DNA from: the human T2T-CHM13v2.0 reference genome, Homo sapiens
DNA: 64,000 nucleotides
NCBI RefSeq assembly: GCF_009914755.1
Contig: NC_060940.1
Strand: one strand, 5' to 3'
Part shown: piece by piece, positions 13,564 to 28,060 of the stretch
How the letters are laid out: every line of letters starts with the position of its first letter
How positions within the stretch are numbered: position 1 is the first letter of the stretch
Notes under the pieces: model-generated
Told to the model about the DNA's origin: nothing
The model's database searches: none
Seen by the model: only the letters and a program-made list of their open reading frames with translations
Made by a program: the position numbers and the translations under genes

Positions 13564-14455
13564 CGGGACTTGCCGCTAAGGGTGAAGGAGAAGGGGTTGA
13601 GGGGTACGCCCCTCCCCCAGAAAAGCAGAGAAGGGGTAGAGACACGGAGAGAAGGGGTTGGGGTACTTTCCCCTCCCCCAGGAAAACAGGACTTGCCGCT
13701 AAGGGTGAAGGAGAAGGGGTTGAGGGGTACTTGCTCCTCCCCCAGAAAAGCAGAGAAGGGGTAGAGACACGGAGAGAAGGGGTTGGGGTACTTTCCCCTC
13801 CCCCAGGAAAACGGGACTTGCCGCTAAGGGTGAAGGAGAAGGGGTTGAGGGGTACTTGCCCCTCCCCCAGAAAAGCAGAGAAGGGGTAGAGACATGGAGA
13901 GAAGGGGTTGGGGTACTTTCCCCTCCCCCAGGAAAACGGGACTTGCCGCTAAGGGTGAAGGAGAAGGGGTTGAGGGGTACTTGCCCCTCCCCCAGAAAAG
14001 CAGAGAAGGGGTAGAGACACGGAGAGAAGGGGTTGGGGTACTTTCCCCTCCCCCGGGAAAACGGGACTTGCCGCTAAGGGTGAAGGAGAAGGGGTTGAGG
14101 GGTACTTGCCCCTCCCCCAGAAAAGCGGGACTTGCCACTAAGGGTGAAGAAGGGGTTGAGGGGTACTTGCCCCTTCCCCAGAAAAGCGGGACTTGCCACT
14201 AAGGGTGAAGAAGGGGTTGAGGGGTACTTGCCCCTTCCCCAGAAAAGCGGGACTTGCCACTAAGGGTGAAGAAGGGGTTGAGGGGTACTTGCCCCTTCCC
14301 CAGAAAAGCAGAGAAGGCGTAGAGACATGGAAAGAAGGGGTTGGGGTACTTGCTCCTCCCCCAGAAAAGCGGGACTTGCCACTAAGGGTGAAGAAGGGGT
14401 TGAGGGGTACTTGCCCCTTCCCCAGAAAAGCGGGACTTGCCGCTAAGGGTGAAGG
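13564..14455. repeat. Compound G-rich VNTR in the HERV-H leader (61-64 bp subunits, 125 bp higher-order unit)
   Basis: c(g/a)ggacttgcc recurs at 13564, 13687, 13812, 13937, 14062, 14126, 14187, 14248, 14370 and 14431. Confidence 0.95.
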
Positions 14456-14998
14456 ACTAAGGCAGGCGTCCCTGCATGGTCTGACACCTTGGAAACATGG
14501 GTGAATAATCAGAGAGGTGTCCCTGCAATGATTAAACATCAAGGGAAGGCTGCCTTCCCAGTCCATGAGCGGCGCCGGAGTTTTGGGTCCACAGATAAAA
14601 CGTGTCTCCTTTGTCTCTACCAGAAAATGAAAGGAATTGAAATTAAGAGAAGGGAGAGATTGAAGTGTGGCGCCACAATTGAAAGGAGAAAGAGGTTGAG
14701 GGATAGTGAGGGAGGTTGGAGAAGAGAGTAAAAAGAGGCCACTTACCGGATTTGAAATTGGTGAGATGTTTCTTGGGCTGGTGGGTCTGAGGACCTGAGG
14801 TTGTAGGTGGATCTTTCTCACGGAGCAAAGGGCAGGAGGACAGGGGATTGATCTCCCAAGGGAGGTCCCCCGATCCGAGTCACGGCACCAAATTTCATGC
14901 ACGTCCGTGTAAAGAGACCACCAAACAGGCTTTGTGTGAGCAACATGGCTATTTATTTCACCTGGGTGCAGGCGGGCTGAGTCCGAAAAGAGAGTCAG
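14138..14998 (-). other. Uninterrupted HERV-H leader ORF, ESRG/HESRG-like (CTG start, ~286 codons); coding status unknown
   Basis: LTLFSDSARLHPGEINS...ASTPQPLLHP*. Similarity to the ESRG putative protein is from recollection. Confidence 0.5.
14873..14890 (-). promoter_or_regulatory. Primer binding site for tRNA-His
   Basis: TGGTGCCGTGACTCGGAT, complementary to the 3' end of tRNA-His, just after U5. Confidence 0.95.
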
Positions 14999-15000
14999 CC
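14893..15000 (-). mobile_element. HERV-H 5' LTR remnant (R-U5 only)
   Basis: GGCTGACTCTCTTTTCGGACTCAGCCCGCC...GCATGAAA; no U3 upstream. Confidence 0.92.
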
Positions 15001-15396
15001 TCACTCATTTTTCTTAGCCAGTTCCCAGACAATAAACATATACATTATGGCACTTACTTTGTTTCTAACTCTGGTAACCATGTAGTTCAGTGCAAAAACC
15101 ATAGCCCTTAGTCCTTGTAGCCATGAACCCATGTTCAAGGTCCTACTCTGCGTTTTGCCAACTGTGTGTTTGGAGGAGAAGTCACCATGTGACATCTTAG
15201 TTTCCTCATCTATAATGTGCAGACTTCAGTGTCTTTTTACAATACAGTTGTGAGTGCTGAATGAAAAGAATAATAGTTACCCTGGGTAAAACGTATTCAA
15301 TATTTTAAAAGACTTATCTCTTTCCCCTTCTCATTCATTTTTTTCCTTTGGTCCCTGAAGTTGTCATAGAGTGAATAGCTTGCCTATTGTTTCCTT

Positions 15397-15700
15397 AGGT
15401 AGGTGAAAAGATAACTTTTCATCACCTAGCTATGGCTCTCTTTTTGTGATTCACAAGAGTTATACTGCTCTAATGGTAGAAAAAAATATTCATTACCAGC
15501 AAAATCCATAATGTTATGGATTGGAATTTCCACTGAGGAAAATTACTTTTTCAGGTAGGTGAGGAGGTACCTTGTCATACTTTAGCTATGGCTTTCTTTT
15601 TCAGATTCTCAAGAGTTATGCTGCTCTAATGGTAGGGGAAAATGTCCATTACAAATACAATCCATAGTATTATGGATTAGAATTTCCCCTGGGGACAATG
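15397..15700. repeat. Diverged tandem duplication, period 156 bp
   Basis: aggtaggtga at 15397 and 15553; shared tagctatggct, caagagttat, ctgctctaatggtag and aatccata...ttatggatt. Confidence 0.9.
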
Positions 15701-16166
15701 ATTGCAATTCATGCTTAGGTCAGCAATAGTTACACTTAGTCTGATATCTCTAGCAGCACAGCATGAGACAGAGGCTTCTATGAGAGTACTTTGCTAGGAA
15801 GTAAGATCCCATAGACCAGAAATGAGAGATCGCTGGAAAGAGTAAAAGACAATTCAATGATTGTAAGTACTGTGTGGTGGCATGGGAAATTCATTTCAGG
15901 ACCATCTTTTTTTGGTGGGCAGGGGTGAGAACTCTTTTCCCACATTGGTAGACGTTTTCTTCCATGGTACTATAACTTTACCACATTCTGGCTTATTTGC
16001 ACACATGTGAGCACCAAGGGAATTCCTGCGACATTCCTCACTGCAGGGACAACAGACATGTCCAGGAGGCAGCAAACATCTTCATGAAGCTGGTAAAAGA
16101 CCACATAACTGCCCACTCCAGTGGCAATTAGCATAAATTAGAAGTGAGGACAAGAAGATCTTATGA

Positions 16167-16459
<293 letters not shown>

Positions 16460-18369
16460 TTACAATGTACACATTCGTGTGTTCACTACAGTGTAGATAG
16501 TGTGAGTTTTCAACATTTATTTATATTAGTACAATCCAAAGATGATTGCTAAGGTCTATCATATGCAAGTGATGTAGTGTGCCCTGGGATTAATGTGGTC
16601 ACTGAAAGAGATGGCCTTTGCTCTATTTGATCTTATAAGCTAGGCAAGGTCAAGTAGTTAATATTGAGTGCTAACAAGATAAAATATTCGCAGGAGACCA
16701 AGATACTTCTTCCCACTGCTAATTATTATGCAAATGATGATAAATATCAGTGTATCATTACTGCACACAATATATGTTTCTTAGGACATCATTTTGGGGA
16801 AAAAAAAAACCTGGGGACAAAATTAGATAAAAAAGGAAATCGAACAAGCAACAATTGTGCAAACAAATAAACCATATCAATCAGTGATTCTATAGCTTGG
16901 CTGTAGTTGATAGATTGCTGAATGTCTAGTGAAGCTCTTCCATGTATAAATTTTTTCTCTGCAAGCAGGTTACTATTTGTTTTTCTTTTTTTAGATTGCC
17001 TCACATTCTTTGCCTGATTCAGACTTTTGGGGGCTTTACTACTGCAATCATCACTTTTAGCCTGGTCCTGGGAACTTCTGTTCTGAACTAGGAACCATCT
17101 CCATTGTAGTTGTTTGTATTATTTTTGCCACCTGTGCACTGCACCAGCTACTCACTACTCAGCAGACAACGCTACACTCTAATGGTATGGTAGGAACCTG
17201 GACTTTTCTTCGTACCAGCTGGTTTGAGAAGCAGCTTACTTAAATCTGTGTTGGTGACTAGAGTGAGACTCAGGCACTGTTCAACTGGCTCTCCTTTGCA
17301 AAACCAAGTCTCAGTTGCTTTTCAGAATAGGATGGTGATATAAGCGAAAACTGATATGCATTAATTCTTTCATTTGCTTCTGTCTCATTCAGTCCTCAAA
17401 ACTAATCTTCAAAGTATGCACTATTGTATCTAGCATTCCCCTAAAGAGTAAACTGACACACATAAGATGTCTCTAGTCCATAGACATGCAACTGGCACAC
17501 ATAATCTGTTCTATTGACTCAAGAGCTATATGGCCACTTACATGGTTTCTTAATCCTTGAGCGTCTGGTAGAACTATATCTCAGTAGAGGCCTGGGAACC
17601 ATTTCCCAGGCTATAGCATCATATTCTACATCTCTTTCTCTCTCTGGAGTGCTGATACAACCCCAAAGAAATTAGACTGATATTCCGTCCTCTCCTACGA
17701 TTTCATCTGCCTATATTTATACTCCTCCACCTTGATTTGCTGCCTCATTTTTATCTAAAGTTGTAACTATTTAGAGATTTCATTTCATAATAATTAATTC
17801 CTTTCCATATATAATGTATAGGCTGTTTATAGTGCATCTTTGCATATGGCCTAACATGATGTTAAGAAAAACTATGGAAACTTGGAAATAAACGGTGTGG
17901 CTACACAATCTTTCACAGTCAGTGGGTGTGGTTTAAAAGGCTAACCCAAAGATTGTTCCATTCCCTAGGAGATGTACCTTTATTTGACTTTGCTATTTGT
18001 TATTTGATTAGAGCCCAGACACTGTAAAGTTTCATGTTAACTTACAGATTTCTGCCTCATAGAAAAGATAACCCAATGATTATGATGTTTTGCCCTGAAG
18101 GACAAGAGAAAGCTTTGTATCTAACTTAGCAAATTTATTCTACTCTGCTTTTATTTTTTTTCCTTAAATGTTTTTGCTGGAGGCCTAGATAAATTCTTCT
18201 TCCTTAAATTTTGTGAGAACCATCATTAGCATTTTACTGGTCCCTTCCTTAGTTAATGAGTTGAATAAAATCTTTGAAATGTGTTCATTTCCCATGTGTA
18301 TAAGAACATGATTTTAACTTTTGGAAAATTCTATGTTGACAATTGTTGCTTTATTCACTTGTTATTCGT

Positions 18370-18520
18370 CACCTGTTCATTCATTCATGCATCCACTCAG
18401 GCATTCCGTCATTCATTTTACAAACACTTCTTAGGTGCCTGGTATTAAGTCTTGTCCTGGGTACCTAGGTTATAGCGGTTAACAAAACAGAGTAAATCTC
18501 TGTTTTCATGGAGCTGAGAG
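18370..18520 (-). mobile_element. L2 3' end fragment
   Basis: ttcattcattcat...caaacacttcttaggtgcct...aacaaaacagag...ttcatggagct. Confidence 0.6.
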
Positions 18521-20355
18521 GAGAGAATACAACCTGAATAATAATATAAAACGTGGGAAAGTTTATTTAGAGTTGTAGGTTTCCAACCTTGCATAAAAAT
18601 CACCTTTGATACTTAAAAATCATATAGTTTTCAAGGAGTCAGCCATGGGTATTCTAAGTCTATGTAACTTTTATATGGGAGCCAATTCTTTTCATTTTTT
18701 ACCTGCTCCCTAGGCAATTTTGATGAACTTGGTTTTGGGAACATATTTTGAGAAAAAAGAAATGTGGACTTTTAACATTTTTGACCATTTGCAGTTTTCT
18801 ATTTTGTTTCAAGGGATTATCAAATCACAACAACAACAACAAAATAAGGTCATGTCAGGGGACCTGAATCCAGCTTTTTTTCCCCTTTGTTTTCGTGTTT
18901 GTATTTTTTTTTTCCCTGAGTATTTAGAAATGTAACCTTGGGCAAGTTACTTTTCATCTCATCTCTGGGCCTCATCTCTGTCATTCTTAGATCTGATTAG
19001 ACAAAATGACAGCTAATGTTTGTTCCAGCTCTAAATTCTATGGACAAGACAAAAAGTTAACTATACACATATCTCTTCATTATCCAATATTTTTTATGCT
19101 CACTGCATCCATTAATTTATTAATATTAGAATTCATTAGTGAATGCCAGAATTAATTAATGCAACAGATTATGAACTTGTACCAAATTTTGTTTGGTTTT
19201 ACTTAATACGATAGGCAATAAATCAGATCTTCTACCAGTTAACATTTTGTAACTAATCTTTCTTGCAATACTGCCTAATGAAGAACAGCTAATTAATATG
19301 CTTCTAATAATTTACTGAACCACATCCTTGGCACCTAAAATCTACACTCACAAGTAGCTGGAACCACAGTGCATAGGCATGTCTGTGGCTTCCAATGTTC
19401 AAGGAAGGCTGTGAATTACATATAGTGTCTAATGAATTATTTATAATGGTGAGAAATGAGCTGAAACATGCATACCAGCTATAGGGAAGAGTAAACTGTA
19501 ATAGCACTTGGAGCAGTGGGCAAACTCTGGCTGCCAGGCCTACTTTTTACTTTGAAATTCCTTGTAAGCAATGTGTGGCTTATTCTGACTTCAATTTTTT
19601 AAGAAAAAATAACGTAGACCTTCTCCATTAATTTCCTCTGAGTTTGTGATCACTGACATTTTGTGACAAAAAAGTACTGTTTTCGCCAATGTTTTCCACT
19701 TCTTTTATCCATCACATTTCTTTATTTCACTATATTTTAGAGGATTTGTTTCTGCAGTTGACAGATGGAAAACTGCAACCTGATGTGTACTAGAGCTCTA
19801 AATAGACTCCTTTTAAAAACATACTTGTTATTATTTTTATTGCTCTAGAAATGATAGATAAAGCAAGGGTAAAATAGAAAGTATCATCTTGATTGTAAAT
19901 TCTTCCACCAGATCAAACGCTGGTTGAAGACAGAAAATGAGAGTCATCTTTGTTTCCTCCCACAGTACCTTATGCCTACCCTGTCCCACTGTGTACACTT
20001 ATTATTCAGCAAAGTTATTGATACATTGAGAAAAAGTGCCTGGATTCATACATCTAAACATTGAGGATGGAGCAGTGCATGAAGTACAGAAGATCACTTC
20101 TTTTATGGAGTTTATATTCTAGGGGTACACAATAAATGTCTGTTGAATAACACAAGCACTCTAAACATGTACCTTATTTATATTCTAACAACTAAAGGAA
20201 GCTCCAAATGCCCTATTTGTCCCTTCCTCAGTCCTCACCTAGTGTCTTTCCTAGGATCTGACCAAATATTCCTTTTTTTTTGCTTATAATAAGTTTTCTT
20301 TCTTAAGTGCATTTAGCGTTTCTCATACCCATTAAAAATAATCAAGAACATCCTT

Positions 20356-20357
<2 letters not shown>

Positions 20358-20392
<35 letters not shown>
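20358..20392. repeat. (TG)17 microsatellite
   Basis: Perfect TG run. Confidence 0.98.
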
Positions 20393-20395
<3 letters not shown>

Positions 20396-20972
20396 CGTAT
20401 GAATCTATTTTTTATACAGCCATGGATCAGCTCAGTGTGCTGTGAGATGGGAATGTAATAAAAATAAATCAGATAAGACCCCATTTTTGCCTTTTGCATT
20501 CTCTTTCTAGAAGCCACTTTATTTTTCTGCTTAAACACCTGCTAAGCTCGAGTATCACCTCTACCAGAATTCCTCCCTTACCCTCACTTCTTATTTAAGA
20601 TTAGTTTGAAAAGACCAGTGGTCTATGTTCCCATGGACCTCTGTGCTCAGCTGGTTATAATATAATTTGCAATGATTTTTTTTAACTCTATTTCTAATTT
20701 GACTCTCTGTCTGAAAACTTTCATTTATCCCTCAAGAGTAAAGCTCATAAATAATCACCTTTGTGAAATTTCCTTTGGTTGACTTCTAGAGAAGTTGAGC
20801 TCTCACAACGTGGTGCAAACCTAAGTTAGATAATTTATCACATCCTTCTCTATTATTTATTCAATAATACATTTTATTTGGTTTTGTATCCTCAGAACCT
20901 AGCACAAGATCTTGTGCAGAGTAGATGCTTAATGAATGTTGGCTAGATTAAATATGTCAATATCCCATATGT

Positions 20973-21125
20973 GGACTGGGCATGATGGCTCACCCAGCCC
21001 ACAGGGTGGTGATCCCTGTACTGTGTGAGGCTGTGGTAAGAGTGTTGCTTGAGGCCAGGATTTAGAGACCAGCCTGGGCAACATAACGAGATCCCATCTT
21101 TATTAAAAAATAAAAATAAAAAAAA
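20973..21125 (+). mobile_element. Free left Alu monomer (FLAM-like)
   Basis: ctgggcatgatggctcac...ttgaggccaggatttagagaccagcctgggcaacata followed by an A-rich tail. Confidence 0.75.
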
Positions 21126-21798
21126 TCATATGTTAGTGTTAGTGCCCTATTAGGTTTCTTTTTTTTTTTTTTTAACAGATTTTTGGAATCTGCCTGTATT
21201 CATCATTCTACTTGAAGAATGGTTCCTTAAACATTCAGTAAAATCTAATAAAATCTAAAATCTCTGAAGCTCCAGGGTTTCCTTGCCATGACAGCTGCAA
21301 ATCTCATATTCTTCATGACAATGCCGCATGGCCACAATTCCACCTGGTATTCCCTCCTCTGAGAATGCAAGCCAGCAGGATCTGGCGTCTTCATGATCCT
21401 GTGAACGGTGGAAGCAATCAGCATCTGGCAGTGTCTTTCTTTTCTGTGAGGGGAGATTTTCCTTTTCTCTGCTGGCTCACAAAAAGTTCTACAAATTTTT
21501 GAGTACATTATATCAGGGAATTTTATTGTTGCTCTTGGTGGCACCATAATATGTATAAGCAAACATTGTTTTCAGCCAAACAGATACCCTGATACTTCTA
21601 CTTCTTTTCCTATTAGTTCTCCTTGAGTAGAACGAACCAATAAATAACGTAATGATAAATGTGTATTTATGGCAACGTGAAGGCACACTCTGTGAGGATT
21701 CCAGTTATGCCATACTACTGAAACCCAAATCAGGAAATGCTCTTGTGGTGTGATGGATACCAGGGTCTATATTCTTCAGTTAAAAGTTAACTTCCTCT

Positions 21799-21893
21799 GG
21801 AGGCGGAGCTTGCAGTGAGCCGAGGTCGCGCGCCACTGCACTCCAGCCTGGGCGACAAAGTGAGACTCCGTCTCAAAAAAAAAAAAAAAAAAA
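21799..21893 (+). mobile_element. Severely 5'-truncated AluY with 17-bp TSD
   Basis: Last ~76 nt of Alu plus A19. AAAAGTTAACTTCCTCT at 21782-21798 and 21890-21906; TT/AAAA site. Confidence 0.93.
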
Positions 21894-22062
21894 GTTAACT
21901 TCCTCTCAGTTAAAAACGTGAAAGTAATTTCAGTATCAATGTAAATTAATTTCCAAGTTATATTTTTCGATGAAAAATGCAAGGTCCAAAAGAGTGTGCC
22001 TAATACACTACCATTTATATAAAAAGAATGAAAACTATGCTTGCTTGTAGGTGTTTAATTTT

Positions 22063-22159
22063 TTTTTTTTTTTTTGTCTGAGCGGGAAAAAATGGGTTGG
22101 CTTGATTTATTTTTGCTAATTTGTATTCTCCATGTATCTATATTGATTATTTAATTAAT
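22063..22159 (-). other. L1 3' transduction (~85 nt) plus second poly(A)
   Basis: Non-L1 sequence between the L1 A-tract (~22159-22167) and a poly(A) at 22059-22075, inside the TSD. AATAAA at 22106-22111. Confidence 0.88.
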
Positions 22160-22375
22160 TTTTTTTTATTATTATACTTTAAGTTTTAGGGTACATGTGC
22201 ACAATGTGCAGGTTAGTTACATATGTATATATGTGCCATGCTGGTGTGCTGCACCCATCAACTCGTCATTTAGCATTAGCTATATCTCCTAATGCCATCC
22301 CTCGCCCCTCCCCCCACCCCACAACAATCCCCAGACTGTGATGTTCCCCTTCCTGTGTCCATGTGTTGCCATTGT

Positions 22376-26179
<3,804 letters not shown>

Positions 26180-26242
26180 TATGATGTTAGCTGGTTATTT
26201 TGCTCGATAGTTGATGCAGTTTCTTCCTAGTCTCAATGGTCT

Positions 26243-27268
26243 TTACATTTTGGCATGATTTTGCAGCGGCTGGTACCGGTTGTTCCTTTCCATGTTTAGC
26301 GCTTCCTTCAGGAGCTCTTTTAGGGCAGGCCTTGTGGTGACAAAATCTCTCAGCATTTGCTTGTCTGTAAAGTATTTTATTTCTCCCTCACTTATGAAGC
26401 TTAGTTTGGCCAGATATGAAATTCTGGGTTGAAAATTCTTTTCTTTAAGAATGTTGAATATTGGCCCCCACTCTCTTCTGGCTTGTAGAGTTTCTGCTGA
26501 GAGATCCGCTGTTAGTCTGATGGGCTTCCCTTTGAGGGTAACCCAACCTTTCTCTCTGGCTGCCCTTAACATTTTTTCCTTCATTTCAACTTTGGTGAAT
26601 CTAACAATTATGTGTCTTGGAGTTGCTCTTCTCGAGGAGTATCTTTGTGGCGTTCTCTGTATTTCCTGAATCTGAATGTTGGCCTGCCTTGCTAGATGGG
26701 GGAAGTTCTCCTGGATAATATCCTGCAGAGTGTTTTCCAACTTGGTTCCATTCTCCCCATCACTTTCAGGTACACCAATCAGACGTAGATTTGGTCTTTT
26801 CACATAGTCCCATATTTCTTGGAGGCTTGTTCGTTTCTTTTTATTCTTTTTTCTCTAAACTTCCCTTCTCGCTTCATTTCATTCATTTCATCTTCCATCA
26901 CTGATACCCTTTCTTCCAGTTGATCGCATTGGCTCCTGAGGCTTCTGCATTCTTCACGTAGTTCTCGAGCCTTGGCTTTCAGCTCCATCAGCTCCTTTAA
27001 GCACTTCTCTGTATTGGTTATTCTAGTTATACATTCTTCTAAATTTTTTTCAAAGTTTTCAACTTTTTTGCCTTTGGTTTGAATTTCCTCCTGTAGCTCG
27101 GAGTAGTTTGATCATCTGAAGCTTCTTCTCTCAACTCGTCAAAGTCATTCTGCATCCAGCTTTGTTCCATTTTGTTCCATTGCTGGTGAGGAGCTGCGTT
27201 CCTTTGGAGGAAGAGAGGCGCTCTGGTTTTTAGAGTTTCCAGTTTTTCTGCTCTGTTTTTTTCCCCAT
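26243..27268 (-). pseudogene. ORF1: L1 ORF1, frameshifted
   Basis: ATGGGGAAAAAA start at 27268; RPNLRLIGVPE, ARREWGPIF and YQPLQNHAKM end. 10-bp duplication at 27161-27180. Confidence 0.95.
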
Positions 27269-27847
27269 CTTTGTGGTTTTATCTACTTTTGCTCTTTGAT
27301 GATGGTGATGTACAGATGGGTTTTTGGTGTGGATGTCCTTTCTGTTTGTTAGTTTTCCTTCTAACAGACAGGACCCTCAGCTGCAGGTCTGTTGGAGTTT
27401 GCTAGAGGTCCACTCCAGACCCTGTTTGCCTGGGTATCAGCAGTGTTGTCTGCATAACAGCAGATTTTTGTGAACCGCGAATGCTGCTGTCTGATCGTTC
27501 CTCTGGAAGTTTTGTCTCAGAGGAGTACCCGGCCATGTGAAATGTCAGTCTGCCCCTACTGGGGGGTGCCTCCCAGTTAGTCTGCTCGGGGGTCAGGGTT
27601 CGGGGACCCACTTGAGGAGGCAGTCTGCCCGTTCTCAGATCTCCAGCTGTGAGCTGGGAGAACCACTGCTCTCTTCAAAGCTATCAGACAGGGACATTTA
27701 AGTCTGCAGAGGTTACTGCTGTCTTTTTGTTTTTCTGTGCCCTGCCCCCAGAGGTGGAGCCTACAGAGGCAGGCAGGCCTCCTTGAGCTGTGGTGGGCTC
27801 CACCCAGTTGGAGTTTCCTGGCTGCTTTACCTCAGCAAGCCTGGGCA

Positions 27848-28060
27848 ATGGCAGGCGCCCTTCCCCCAGCCTCGCTGCCGCCTTGCAGTTTGATCTCAGA
27901 CTGCTGTGCTAGCAATTAGTGAGACTCCGTGGGCGTAGGACCCTCCGAGCCAGGTGCGGGATATGATCTCCTGGTGCGCCGTTTTTTAAGCCCCTCGGAA
28001 AAGCGCAGTATTCGGGTGGGAGTGACCCGATTTTCCAGGTGCCGTCTGTCACCCCTTTCT
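27848..28060 (+). pseudogene. ORF0: L1 ORF0 (antisense), premature stop after 23 codons
   Basis: MAGALPPASLPPCSLISDCCASN, TAG at 27917-27919, then VGVGPSEPG...RVGVTRFSRC in the same frame. Confidence 0.8.

Larger units (their letters stand above)
9007..15000 (-). mobile_element. HERV-H with processed-pseudogene structure (R-U5...U3-R-polyA, long TSD)
   Basis: LTR7-type ends, tRNA-His PBS and gag/pro/pol remnants. The 5' LTR lacks U3. The 3' LTR lacks U5 and runs into poly(A). TCACTCATTTTT flanks both ends (9000-9011, 15001-15012). Confidence 0.93.

Noticed and set aside
13524-14504. Plus-strand repetitive ORFs over the VNTR, and the CRISPR-like regular spacing
   Set aside because: The ORFs result from a stop-poor repeat. 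The intervening sequences are themselves repeats rather than unique spacers, and there are no cas genes.
21157-21562. Poly(T) tract next to a 105-aa minus-strand ORF (possible processed pseudogene or splice acceptor)
   Set aside because: No recognisable protein, poly(A) signal or TSD, and no convincing paired donor.
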